Positions 24,529 to 36,760 of a DNA stretch of 64,000 bases are shown piece by piece (the stretch's first letter is position 1; each line of letters opens with the position of its first letter). The stretch is taken from NCBI GenBank assembly GCA_002104905.1, contig MCFE01000277.1:1-64000 (forward strand), in the 5' to 3' direction. The notes under the pieces are model-generated. The model was given only the letters and a program-made list of their open reading frames with translations, was not told the origin of the DNA and ran no database searches. Made by a program: the position numbers and the translations under genes. The DNA is from Basidiobolus meristosporus CBS 931.73. Its lineage: Eukaryota; Fungi; Basidiobolomycota.

Positions 24529-24898
24529 TGTTACAAGACCTGTTGTAAGAGTTGTAGAGGAAATAGGGGGTTTAGCTAGTATTGTATTAACTAAAGCTTG
24601 AACTGATTTTTACAGAGGTTCCAGCAACTGCTTATTTACATTTTGTCAGATCAATTGCTGACTAATTGTATTGCCTAATGTAGGCTGTGGCTGATGATTT
24701 GTTTAATTGCATCATCAATACCCAATAAGATCCTACTTAATATTTCTATTTCTGTCTGATAAGGATCTGCTGATTCATTTGCTGACTAATGCTACTGATT
24801 TGAAAGATAATACTGACATACAGATAGGCTAAACATATAACTAGTTGATATAACTAAAAATTAATCTAACTTAAACAATCATGCGGTATATCATAACA
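24529..24898 (-). repeat. 5' LTR of A3 (370 bp)
   Basis: TGTTACAAG...TCATAACA, with the PBS immediately to its left. Confidence 0.9.
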
Positions 24899-25072
24899 AA
24901 GGCACTTCATGTGTGTCAACATAGTCAGTTCACCAATAGATACTTGCTGATGTTCTGGTGTTGTGGCACATGCAGGGGCAACTTGATGTGCTGGCATGGC
25001 CCTTTGCTGAGTTCAATGTGACACTGCTTTTTGACACAACTTGGCCTGCTCCAATGTATTTTTATCTAAATG

Positions 25073-28000
25073 TATTATGATCTGCCTCTTGAATGTTTAA
25101 GTTAGATCAGTTTTTAGTCAAATCAATTAGTTATATGTTTTGCTTATCAGTATATCAGTATTATCTATCAAATCAATAGCATTAGTCGGCAAATGATTCA
25201 GCAGATCCTTATGAGTCATCAGCCACAGCCTAAATCAGGAAATACAGTTAGTCAGCAATTGATCTGGCAAAATGTACATAAGGAGCTACTGGAACCTCAA
25301 TAGAAATCGGTTCAAGTTTTAGTGAATACAATACTAGCAAAACTCCCTACTCCTCTACAACTCTTATACCAGGACTTGTAACATTGGTAGCAGCAATAAC
25401 CAGAAACATCCCTCCTAAAGAAAGATGAAGCCTCCCTCAAGATGTCCAAAAATCAAGAATGGAAGAATGCTATGCAGCAAATCCTGGCCCAACAGCAACA
25501 GTTACTCCAGATCCTTAGCTAGCAGCAAAGAGGAATGACTACCATGGCTCAGAGCCAGCAAAACCCTGTCAAGCACAACTTTAATGTGAAGGTCAACTGG
25601 TACCATGGTAGAGTCAAAGAATACCTGGGAACTTGGCTCTTCCAGATTGAAGAAGCTTTCAAGGCTAAGGGAATTGCTCCAGAAAGCAAGTTAAATTATG
25701 GAGCCTCTTACCTGCTAGATGCAGCTTTACAGTGGTACCACAACAAGATCAGGTCAGCCACCATGATGGGATGCTCTACAATCTCTACCTGGGATGTGTT
25801 TGTGTTGGAAATTCAGAATTCCTTTGAACCCCCACACCAACAGACACTACTAAGAAAAAAGCTGAAGACACTCAGACAGAATGGAATGGTCCAAGAGTAC
25901 ATCAATGAATATAGATGTCTACTTGGTCAAGTTGAAAGAATGGACCCCCTGGATCAAGTTGAATACTTCATTGATGGGTTGAAAGAAATAACTTGTAAGG
26001 AAGTGAGTTATTAAAGACCTCAGACTATTGAAGAAGCCATCAAGATTGCCATTGACTATGACTCAGCTATGTTTGGAGTTGGGAAGCCCACAATGACTAA
26101 TCAGAGAGGTTACAATCACTATGAAAGTAGACAATCAGAATCAGTGTCAATGGAAATAGATGCTATGCAGACAAACCCTACCTCAGAGGAATGTGAGAAG
26201 AAAGGACTTTGCTTCAATTGCCACCAGCAGGGACATATTGAAAAGTACTGCCCTCAGAGAAGAAATGGACACCAGCCATCAAGAACCTGCAACTATATTG
26301 AAGCCCTTGATCATAGTAACATGGAGGATGAACTTGAGGAAGACTTAGAACTCACCTTCCATATGACAAAAGAATACCTATCCCAGATGACCTGAAACTT
26401 AGGAAAGCTATTATATTTGAATGGAGTAATCATTGGAGTACCTGTCAAGATCATGATTGACTCAGGAGCATTGCATGAGCTCATTTCAGGGCAATTGCTT
26501 TGGAAGCTGGAATCAACTTGGAACCCACAAAATCAACTTCAGTCTCAACAGCTGATGGGAAACTCTCACAAAATCAACCATATTACTCAGCCAGTAAGAA
26601 TGAAGATCAATGACTATGAAGAAGATCTACAGGCCTATATGCTTAGGAACTGCAAGTTTGACCTTTTACCTGGGAAAACCTGGCTAGTTTGTTGGAGTCC
26701 ACCAATTGACTAGAGAACCCATGCTACTCAGATCCAGAGGGACAACAAGACCTATGAACTATTACTTGACAGACTGGATTTCAACTTGGTCAACTCCAGT
26801 GTGTGTGAAACAAGTGAGCTTAGTAATACACAGTTATGTAGAGCACTAAGATAAGGCACTCAGATGTTCCTCATGGCAGTATTACAGGAGGATTCCTCTA
26901 CTCCAGTCCCCCACAAGGTCAAGACTCTTTTGAAGGAATATTCAGATATATTTCCAGATGAGTTGTAAGCCTATTGCCAGTCAGAGATGTAGATCATGCC
27001 ATGGAAAGAGAGGATAGCCTGCCAGTGAGTAAGACACTTTACAGAATGAGTCCATTGGAGTTGCAAGTGATGAAGAGACAAATAGATCAGTTATTGGAGC
27101 AAGCTTATATCAGATCCAGCAAGTCACATTGGGGAGCACCAGCACGTTTTGTGAAGACGAAGGATGGAACACTTAGGATGTGCATTGACTACAGAGCCCT
27201 CAACTCAGTTTCCGTGAAGAATGAGTATACCATACCTTAGAGTGATGAGCTTTTGGACCAACTCAATGGAGCCACCATTTTCAGCAGGATTGACCTCATG
27301 TCAGGATACAACCAGATTAGGGTGAAGCCAGAAGCCATCCCTAAGACAGCATTCAGGACCAGATATGGACATTACGTGTACTTAGTCATGAGTTTTGGGC
27401 TCACAAATGCCCCTGCAACATTCATGACCCTGATGCAGACTGTCTTCCAGGAGTACTTAGACAAGTTTGTGATAATCTACCAAGATGATATATTGATACA
27501 CAACAAGACAAAAGAGGATCACATGATGCACATTGAAAAGGTCTTGATGAGGCTAAGAGAGAACAAGCTTTATGGCAAGCTACACAAGTATGAATTCTTC
27601 AAGGAACATGTTGAATATTTGGGACACATAGTGATTAGCACAAGAGTAACCTTTGACCCAAAGTAGGTTGAAGTTATCAAGAATCTGAAGCAGCACCATA
27701 AAATATAAGAGCTTAGATCCTTCCTTGGAATGGTTTCCTATAATTGGAGATTTGTCAAGTCCTTAGCAAGTATTGCAGCCCATTTAACTGATATCCTCAA
27801 GAAAGACAATACCTACAAGTGGAATCTATCTTGTGAGACTGCCTTCCTGATACTCAAGAATGAACTTGCTAAGCTACCAAGCTCAAGAATAACTGACTTC
27901 CAAAAAAAGCTTACTCTGTGCACAGATGCTTCAGACTATGCAATTGGTGGAGTGCTGAGCCAAGAACACCAGGGAAAGGACTACTCAGTTGCCTTTGAAT

Positions 28001-29954
28001 CCAAGAAACTGAACTCCACAGAGCAAAACTGTCCAGTGAATGAGAAGGAGATGCTTGCTATAATACACTGTTTGAAGAAATGGAGATGCTATATTGAAGG
28101 AATCAAATGCACTGCAAAGACTGATCATGACTCCCTCAAGTATATATTTGCTCAGAAGGAACTCTCTAGAAGAATGACAAGATAGAGTGAATACCTTCAG
28201 CAATTTGATTTGGAGATTCTCTACTGCCCTGGAAAATACAACATGGTTGCTGATGCCTTATCAAGATTAGAACATGTTGCACAACTCAACTTGGTGCATG
28301 AATCAGATTGCCCTAGCCTATTACCAAAGTACTTGGAGGACCATGTCATTCCTGATGAGGTGGATGAAGATATCAAGAAGATAATCCAGAATGAAGCCAG
28401 CAAATTTGTAGTACAGGATGAAACACTCTACCAAATTGTTGATGGAAGCCCTATTGCCTATTTCCCTTATGTAGCTTGCCTGGATTTAATATATAAGCTA
28501 CACAATGGATATGGACATCTTGGAATTGAAGGAACCTATAGCCTTGTGAAAGCCAGAGCATGGTGGCCCAGAATGAAACATGACATTGAGAAGCTAGTGA
28601 AAACATGCCCAAATTGCCAAATCAACCAAGGCCAACCACAGAGAATTACTGAACTCTTTCCCTTGAAGCCAATAAGACCATTTGAAAGATGAGGAATTGA
28701 TTTTGTTGGAAGACTGCCAACTACCAGGAAATGCAACTGTTGGATCTTAATAGCAATTTACCATGCTACTAAATGGCTAGTGGCTAAAGTTGTACCTATA
28801 GCCAGTGTACAAGAAGTTGCAAGTGTCATCTATCATGAGATCCTTATGAAGTTTGGATGCCCTGTAGAGATTCTATCCAATAGAGGTGCAAACTTCATGG
28901 CAAAGTCATTGGAAGCTTACGTGGAAATGCAAGAGATCAAACACTTCAAAACCTTGGTATATCACCCCAGAAGTAATGGAGTCACTGAACGGTTTAATGG
29001 ATTGTTTGGAAAAATGCTTATCAAGTATGCAAATGGAGTAGTCAATAGATGGGATGAGTATATAGACCAAGGACTCATTGCATGCAGAGCTAGAGTACAC
29101 GACATCACCCAACAATTGCCATTTTACCTAGTGTATGGATGTGAACCAAGGATTCCAGGAGATCTCACACAACCAAAGCTTACAGACACCTTAGAAGATG
29201 AGCTCAGTCAGCCAAGTAGACACTGGCAGCTGAAACAAAGATGTCAAGGGGCACAGAACAAAGCATCTCAAAGTGCAGAAAAGATGAAGCAGAGATTTGA
29301 CAAGACTATAGCACCAGAAGCATTGACAGATGGGAATTTTGTATTGCTAAGAAACAACACTTGGGAGAAGTTTGAGCCACAATGGACAGGACCATTCAAG
29401 ATCATCAGAGAATGTCCATTTGCAACTTATCAACCAGTGGACAAACAAGGCAATATCCATGAAGACTTGGTACATAGGGACAGACTCATGCTTGCAAGAC
29501 TTGCTGATAATACTGAACCATCAAGATATTGATATCACAAGGAAAGAGATTCAGGAGAACCCTCTCAACTTTAGTAAGGGAGAAAGTTATGATCTGCCGC
29601 TTGAATGTTTAAGTTAGATTGGTTTTTAGTCATATCAATCAGTTATATGTTTAGCTTATCAGTATATCAGTGTTATCTATCAAATCAATAGCATTAGTCT
29701 GCAAATGATTCAGCAGATCCTTATCAGACAGAAATAGATATATTAAACAGGATCTTATTGGGTGATGATGATGTAATCAAATGAGTCATCAGCCACAGCC
29801 TACATTAGGAAATAAAATTAGTCAGCAATTGATCTGGCAAAATGTATATAAGGGGCTGCTGGAACCTCAATAAAAATCAGCTCATGCTTTAGTGAATACA
29901 ATACTAGCTAAACTCCCTATTTCCTCTACAACTCTTATACCAAGACTTGTAACA
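25073..29954 (+). mobile_element. Ty3/gypsy family A, copy A4 (most complete; no chromodomain seen)
   Basis: LTRs 25073-25383 (~60-bp internal deletion) and 29585-29954, with 4-bp TSD AATG. PBS TTGGTAGCAG, PPT AGTAAGGGAGAA. gag 25535, CCHC knuckle, protease, RT 27253, RNase H 27730, integrase with GPF motif ending 29532. Confidence 0.93.
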
Positions 29955-31099
29955 AATGAGCAGTTTGGCATATTCTGGTGGTTTTGCTCTGAGGCATTTG
30001 TGTTGAATCAATGCAGGGTGCTCTTGCAAAGAGTGTTGGCATTGTTTGAACTGATGTGCACCAGTGCGCTGAAGTTGTAAAGGATGGTAAGGGACCCAGC
30101 AAGGCATGCTGGCACAATCTAGATGCTGTTGCTGGTGACCTCTATTCCTCCTCTTGAAGCTCACCCTCTGATTCTTCAAGGTATTTACCTACCCTCTGTC
30201 TGATATGTTTGAACTGTTACCTTGATGAGTCCTGCATATATTGCTCTTGGAAGCAACTTGGCTCTACTAATATGTCACGTTGTGCATTAGTCATTTGAGG
30301 CAAAAACTCACTCAAAATCTCATTTGTTCCCAAAATTGAGACACAAATGGACGCATCCAGCCTGTACTGTGCAAATTTTGCGCAAAATTGTTTCAATGTA
30401 GCTTCCTCAGCAAATCCCCTCACTCTCAGCTCATTCTTGACTTCAATACTTGTCTTGTTAAATATCTTTTTACATACATCCACTGGCATCTTGATGCAGA
30501 ACTCCTGCCACAGCTTTCTACTCAGGTTCATCCATCTCTGTTGACACTCTGAGGAATCTAGTTCAGCTAGATTAATGAGTAGTGCCCAAATAACTGTACA
30601 AAGACTCATCATAGACACTTGGGCAATACAAAAATCATTTGTCACAAACTTGAATGGATCCAACATTGACTTCTCTAGTCTGGTCTACACTTGTGAGCTG
30701 GGGGATGGGTATTATCTGGGTTCTACTAATGATGAGCTCAGAATTGGAATAGGGACCATAGTGACAGATTTGGATACTTATACAGTAGTGCAATGGCATC
30801 AACCTGGTCTTACATAAAATATATGTGAAAACTAATGTGATTATTGAATTATCCATTAATTATGCATGAGGCATGTTGGATTGCATTGACATGGATTAGA
30901 TCACATCAATTTTCAATTTCCTATGTGATTATAGACTTGTAAGTAAAGCATCAATAAAAATACCAAGTCATTGTTTGAGAATGATTTGCGCAACATAATG
31001 ATGGGATGCATGTCATTCATGGAAATTTGATCATAATGCATGGAAAATCAAATAAATAAAGCTGATTGCGCCAAACTGATTTGAATCACCTTAGCTCAC

Positions 31100-32016
31100 T
31101 TGTCTACCAATCTTGATATGACTCACTCATCTGAACAGTCTTTTCTCATCAATCCCATTGCTACCACTGGATTTTGTTTTGACACACTGGAGGAGATCTA
31201 TACCCAGCACTGTGGAATATCTACTCCAATCTGCTCAGGAAGATCCCTTGTTATGCGTCTCTACTATTACAAGAACTATTGCTGTATAAGGTTTCATCCC
31301 ACCATCCATGGCAACAAACATCCTAGAAGCTCTCATTCCCAGCTGACAGTAATGGAGAACCACCTTGCAGAGAGTATGAATAATTTAGAGCAAGCTTGGA
31401 ATACTAGGTTCAGTAGCTCCAATATACTTCCATATCCCAGGGTGTTCAGCAACAAATTCCATATCAGGAGTATTTTGGATACCTTCCCAGGCAGGACTAA
31501 CAGACCTTCTAAAGGGCAGAGGTACTTTTATTTGGGCAAGTACAAGGCACACTGTGTGAAGTTTCAAGCACTGTCTGACACTGAGGGTAACATCATCTGG
31601 TTTAGTGTGCCATTTGCTGGAAGTAGGCATGACAAAGCACTCTGGGTAGAGAATCATCCAGAATTCAGTAGAGGGGAGAAATTTATGGCTGGCATAGCAT
31701 GTATAGGAGAGGATTGTCAGAGGTTAGGATGATTACAGCTTATAGGAAGCCAAGGGATGGTGTGCTTAGCAGGAAGCAGAAGCTCTACAGTGAGATATTT
31801 AATCATTTCAGAGTGAGGGTAGAGCATATATTTGGATATCTGAAGAGAATCAGCATATTGGCAGGTAAATACAGAGGAAATTCATATATAGTAGAAAACA
31901 GCAGAACAGGTCAAATAGTTAAGATACTTATCAATGCACAGTATATTCATACAAGGAGACATCAACTGAGAGAAATGTGTCTGGAGCATTATGGTAAGAT
32001 CATAGTGCCAGATTGA
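31100..32016 (+). pseudogene. H2 DDE_Tnp_4-type transposase relic
   Basis: ILDTFPGRTNRP...GKYKAHCVKFQ...AGSRHD and TAYRKP...RVRVEHIFGYLKR. Frameshift at ~31710. Confidence 0.85.
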
Positions 32017-32441
32017 TCCAGCACTATAAACAGGTTGGCATTATGTGGCACTATCCAACAGAACAGATCTGCTCCTTTCTCTACCTGGGATATTGATTAC
32101 TCTACATGTTTAATCTGCTTATCCTTTTTCTGGACTATTTCCTGATTTCTCTGGCCCATTGCATCTATTCTATCAGCCACTGCACCTTGTGAGTACTAAA
32201 TGCAGCACCCACTCTTTGCCCAAGAGTTCTCCCCAGAGTCCTACCCATAGTCCCCTAGTTTTCTCCCTATGATTCCCCCACATGCCCTCCCTTGTATCCC
32301 TGCCCTTATCTAGCTAGAACACTTATCATAATCAGAAAGTGTTCACACCCCTATTTTAAAACACATTGTGTATTATCTAAGCCCCCAAGTGATATATATA
32401 TCTACCCAATTGAACCAAGTGAAGGGATAAGAGCATTTTGG

Positions 32442-33420
32442 ACAATCCATTAGTGAGCCTTCTTCATCAGAGCTAGCACTCTGTGTGCCATATTCAGAAA
32501 GCTGAGGTGAGCCTAAAGGTGTCACAAACTCACCGGACTTGGATTGGGCAAGGTTACAAAGATGGACAGGTGCCAATATAGAAGTATCATCTGGCTGGCA
32601 AGAAAATGCTGGTACAGTAGTGACTGATGAATGGTCAAATATGACTTGCATGGTAAAACACTTGCCATGATCCTTGTGATACTTCTTATGCTGTCTGTGT
32701 GCTTCATGGCAGAGAGGCTTGCTACAATAGCCACATGGTCTTTTTTCTCTACTCTTATGGTGTTGAATTAAAATAGTATTGTCAATAGGGCAAACAGTTT
32801 GACCTTCACCAACTTAATGCTACAATAACACTTTTTGGTCAATATTCATGTTAGACTAAGACAGTCTTGTATTTGAGACATTGCACCCACATGAATGTAA
32901 GATTAAATGATGACCTGCCTGAGTAAGCATTATAAATAAAGTTTTGGCACCACATACACATGTACATGAAACATTATTTCCCCTTTGGTCTGACTTACTT
33001 CCATATATATGCTGCCAGAATATAAGATAGAGCTGTCTGGTTCTCAACTAAACCCCACAATTGATAGCAACAGAAGATCAGTTGGACAATAGCTTACTTT
33101 GACATTCAGTGCCACAAGTGGGGCTACATTCAAAAAAGACCATGTTAACAGTATGCCCACTAAAGGTAACAATGTGGACTCCTCAGGCTGTCAGTCAAGT
33201 AGGCAATTGAGAACCTCTGAAGAGTCACCTGCTGACCATTATGCTCAGGTGGATGAGAATGTAGCAAATGCAGTACCCTCAGTTGCAGACCAGCAAGCAA
33301 CCAACATAACATCACTACCACCAATATTAGCCAGCAAGCTGTTGGTTCATACCAAAGAATTAATGAAGCAATTGGGTGCAGTGGCTGATGGGATATATGC
33401 AACGGTAGCCTTAAACAGGA
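32442..33420 (-). mobile_element. CMC internal fragment (transposase 5' part on -, ORF2 5' part on +)
   Basis: 32442-33118 is an inverted homolog of 33535-34209. 33200-33400 (ADHYAQVDENVANAVPSVADQQ) is homologous to 11830-11990 (ADHIAEADENVAEAEPSVEDQQ). Confidence 0.7.
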
Positions 33421-34732
33421 CTAGCTGTAGGCTGCAGTTATTAGTCTTGATAAGAGAGTTATAGAGAAATAGGAAATCAGCTGATGTTTTGCTCACTAAG
33501 ACTTAAAATGATCTTTATTGCAGTTGCAGCAGCTCTTGTTACACTGAATGTCAAAGCAAGTGATTGTCTAACTATTCTTCTGCTGCTGTCAGCAGTGGGG
33601 TTTGGTTGGAATCCAGACAACTTTGGGCCATTTTTTAGTGGCATATATATGGAAGTGAGTCAAACCAAATGAAAAATAGTGTTACATATATGTGTGTATG
33701 TGGTGCCACAACTTTATTTATAATGCTGACTATGGTGGGTCATCATTGAATCTTACTTTTATGTAGGTGCAATGTCTCAAATACATGACTATCTTAAATT
33801 AACATGAGTTTTGACCAAAAAATGATATAATAGCATTATGTTGTGGAGTGTTGAGCATTTTGCCCCATGGACAAGACTACTCTGATTCAATGCCATAAGA
33901 GAAGGGAAAAAGACCATGTGACTATTGTAGCAAGCCTCTCAGCTATGAAGCATGCATACAGCATAGGAAGTATTACAAGGATGATGGCCAGTGTTTTGCC
34001 ACATAGTCATATTTGACCATTCATCAGTCACTACTGTACTAACATTATCTTGCCAGCCAGCTGATACTTCTATATTGGCACCTGGCCATCTTTGTTGCCT
34101 TGCACAAACTGAGTCAGGTGAGTTTTTGACACCTTTAGGCTCACCTCAGCCTTCTGAATATGGTACTCAGTGTGATAGCTCTGACAAAGAAGGTTCACTG
34201 ATGGATTGTGAGCCTATCTCCCCTAACAACAGTACCATGTATGAGCCCAGTCAATTCCCAATATACAATGAGGCATCATCTGTTGAAACAAATACCTAGG
34301 ATACTTTATGGAGCCAAGTGAGCCCAGTGATTCATCTATTGGTAAATGCTGTCATGTTGTGGCAGAGAAGTGGCACTTTCCCCCTAATATCAATAATGGG
34401 GGCTTTGAGGATTTATTACTACTTCTTGGCAAAATCATTCTGGGATGCAACTTACCATGTATATGGCACAAGTGGACAACCTGCGTGCAGCTGGTAAGTA
34501 TTAAATTAACAAGTGTGAATATATAAACAAAATATTCTGATTGGAAAAATTCAATATGTCTTATGTTACTTAATCTGAATTATTTTTCTAATGTAAAATG
34601 CTAATAAATTCAAAATGTAAACTTATTACAAAATTAATCAAAATCAAATGTGGCTTGCCTTAAAGAGTAAGAACTTTTTCAACTATTCTCAATCACTCTC
34701 CAGCCTTTCATACATTTACTATTCACGCAACT

Positions 34733-35030
34733 ATGGAACTTGAACTTCTCAAATCACTTGCCAGGCTTAGAATTAGCATTACTCAAGTAGAGAATGATCT
34801 AAATGTGTCATTAAATTCTTATACCTCATATTTGCATCAAGAAAATCTATAACTTTTACAAATTCCAACCCTAGTAATCACATATCTGTAACTATATCTT
34901 TGTGTCAAGTGATAATTAAAAGAGGTAGAAATAAAGGATTTGATGTGATTGTCAGTCCAAAATATATTCTAAATATTGTGGATATCATGATAAAATTCCT
35001 TATACACAACTTAAACAAAGACATAACTAA
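34733..35030 (+). pseudogene. Small Cys/His-motif ORF relic (giant-virus-like C-x-x-I-x-K-x-G-x-N-K-G-x-x-C-x-C...YC-x-x-H)
   Basis: LCQVIIKRGRNKG (34900-34938), then 5 nt, then CDCQSKIYSKYCGYH in the adjacent frame, needing one 1-nt indel. Upstream is MELELLKSLARLRISITQVENDLN. Family assignment is from motif recall only. Confidence 0.4.
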
Positions 35031-35559
35031 ATGGCAATTTGCAGTAAATGTAACATCAAACATTAACTTGTAATATATTATATTATGAAATAATAATATA
35101 CAGATTAATGTAAAAAATAGTTGCAACAACAAGCAAAGATCTTTAAAACTTATTTTTAAATTGATGAGATACTGGTTCAGTTTGTCTAAAGTTGCCAAAC
35201 TAATAGTTAATGTCTTGGAAAACACTCTTTTGAAACTTTTTTATCATTTAATAACAACTTTGGTATTTTTTAACTTTATTAAGTTGTTGATTAAAATTTT
35301 CTGATTTACTTTTGATTTTTTTTGTACAAACTACCTTTATTATGGAGAAACTTTAACTGTCTTGCAAACTTCTTTTTACTTTAAGCTATTCCTGTTTTAA
35401 AAAACTTCTTCAAAATTTTTTTGCTGTATCAAATAGTTTAAATATACAGAACTCATCATATTGCTGTTATATAATTGATACCTAAGTTGTATTCCATCTC
35501 TTTTTAAATAAAGGTTTCAGCATGAATGCTGTCTGTTGAGCAATCTTAAATTATTCAGG

Positions 35560-36760
35560 TTTATCACAGGTGTTGTATTTTTGGAAAAAGGTGTTGTAAA
35601 AATTTGTATTTCCACCTAGATATTCACCTAGCTTAGTCACTTAGATCATTACCTTCATATCCTAGAGAATACTGACCAAATTTCTTGTCAGGATTTACTT
35701 AGAATATTTTCACCAAAATACCAGGTACCCAGAACATCAAAATTCTCAAAGTTGTCCAAACAGCCCCAAACTTTGCACACATGTTTGTGGAATCTTTCTT
35801 AGCCCATTCTAGGTGTTTGTTATGCCAAGACCAGGTAAAAGTATAACTACTACTTTTACATTCAATAAATCATTAAGTGAGAACCACATAATCTACTTGT
35901 TTTCCCAATCACTTCCAATATCTCCAAGACTCTTACAACAAAAGGTGCATACAAGTTTGTTGATGCAACTGCTTTATTGGCCCATAAAATACATGTACCA
36001 GATGTTTATATTGGTTTGTTGACTGCAGGAGCACAATGGGAAGAATTAATAGTTGATGTCATTGCTTTGATGTAAGGAGATAATGGTTTGGCCATTGGAA
36101 ATATTATTGGATCCATCACAGCAAATATTCTTGGTCTTTCTCTTTGGGTTTTCTTTTGAAACCTTTCATAATTACTGATAGAAGTTCTAAAACTGATTCT
36201 TGTATTATGCTTTTTATTTTACTCATAACATCTTGTTTATTTTCTACAAATATTGCTACTCACGTGAACGGTTGGCTTCTTATAATACTTTTTGTTATAT
36301 ACGTTATTACCATTGATAAAGGTATTAACATAGGACTTCTTAATTCCCCTGAGGATTCTGGCAGTGATAGCAACTCTGACAGCAATTCTGATCATGGTTC
36401 CAATAACAGCTTGAATGTGCAACAACCAGAAATATATATATATGTATTAACCATATTATTTGGGCTTGCTTTAACCTCTTTGGGTCATTGGCCTATTGTC
36501 AAATATTCTGTCTATTTTACTAAACCTTTTGGTATTTCTGATACAGCTACTGAATTAACAATTGTCTCTATTGGGACAACTCTCCCCAATTTGATAGTAA
36601 GTATCAAAGCCCCTTTGAAAGATCATGGAGGAATTCTAACCGCAGATACTGTTGGCAGGTATATATCTCTTATTACTCTTGTTTTAGGAGTTTCTGTGGT
36701 TATACAACCAGTTGCAATAGACGTTAATACTCTTTATTTTGACATTCCTATTATGTTATG
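35560..36760 (+). pseudogene. Na+/Ca2+ exchanger (CaCA family) pseudogene, intron-less, 3'-truncated, split by a solo LTR
   Basis: Removing 35592-35940 plus one TSD copy gives FITGVVFLEKGAYKFVDATALLAHKIHVPDVYIGLLTAGAQWEELIVDVIALM*GDNGLAIGNIIGSITANILG. Second repeat: FGISDTATELTIVSIGTTLPNLIVS...HGGILTADTVG...DIPIML. These match the two alpha-repeats of CaCA antiporters. Confidence 0.82.
35592..35940 (+). mobile_element. Solo LTR, family F (copia-type, 349 bp)
   Basis: TGTTGTA...TACAACA with perfect 5-bp TSD AAAGG (35587-35591, 35941-35945). Confidence 0.9.

Larger units (their letters stand above)
16369..24898 (-). mobile_element. Tandem Ty3/gypsy family A dimer (A2 16369-19343, A3 18980-24898) sharing one LTR
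   Basis: LTRs at 18980-19343 and 24529-24898. RT (YLDD) in ORFs 16409-17152 and 21462-21857, integrase 19311-20147, RNase H 20252-20875, zinc knuckle-protease 17543-18295, gag 24048-24377. A2 is truncated in RNase H. Confidence 0.9.
24899..32070 (+). mobile_element. Harbinger-like element H2 (left part lost or displaced; interrupted by A4)
   Basis: ORF2 relic on - (29955-30900) and transposase relic on + (31100-32016), colinear with H1. Right TIR CCAACAGAACAGATCT ends at 32070. Assigning 24899-25072 to H2 rests on the AATG TSD of A4. Confidence 0.75.

Noticed and set aside
25384-25402. Tf1-like self-priming instead of a tRNA PBS
   Set aside because: Only a 6-nt complement (GCTGCT) is found in the LTR, weaker than the 9-nt tRNA-like match.
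29461-29584. Chromodomain at the end of the family A integrase
   Set aside because: The ORF ends shortly after the GPF module and the PPT follows. No chromodomain motif is visible in A3 or A4.
15212-32070. One giant Harbinger-like element spanning 15212-32070
   Set aside because: Flanks disagree (AAT vs GCT) and the two ends resemble different TIR variants, so they are kept as separate fragments.
34905-35225. Hydrophobic 106-aa ORF suggesting a mitochondrial insertion (NUMT)
   Set aside because: No respiratory-chain motif. The composition follows from AT-richness, and the opposite strand has the better motif.
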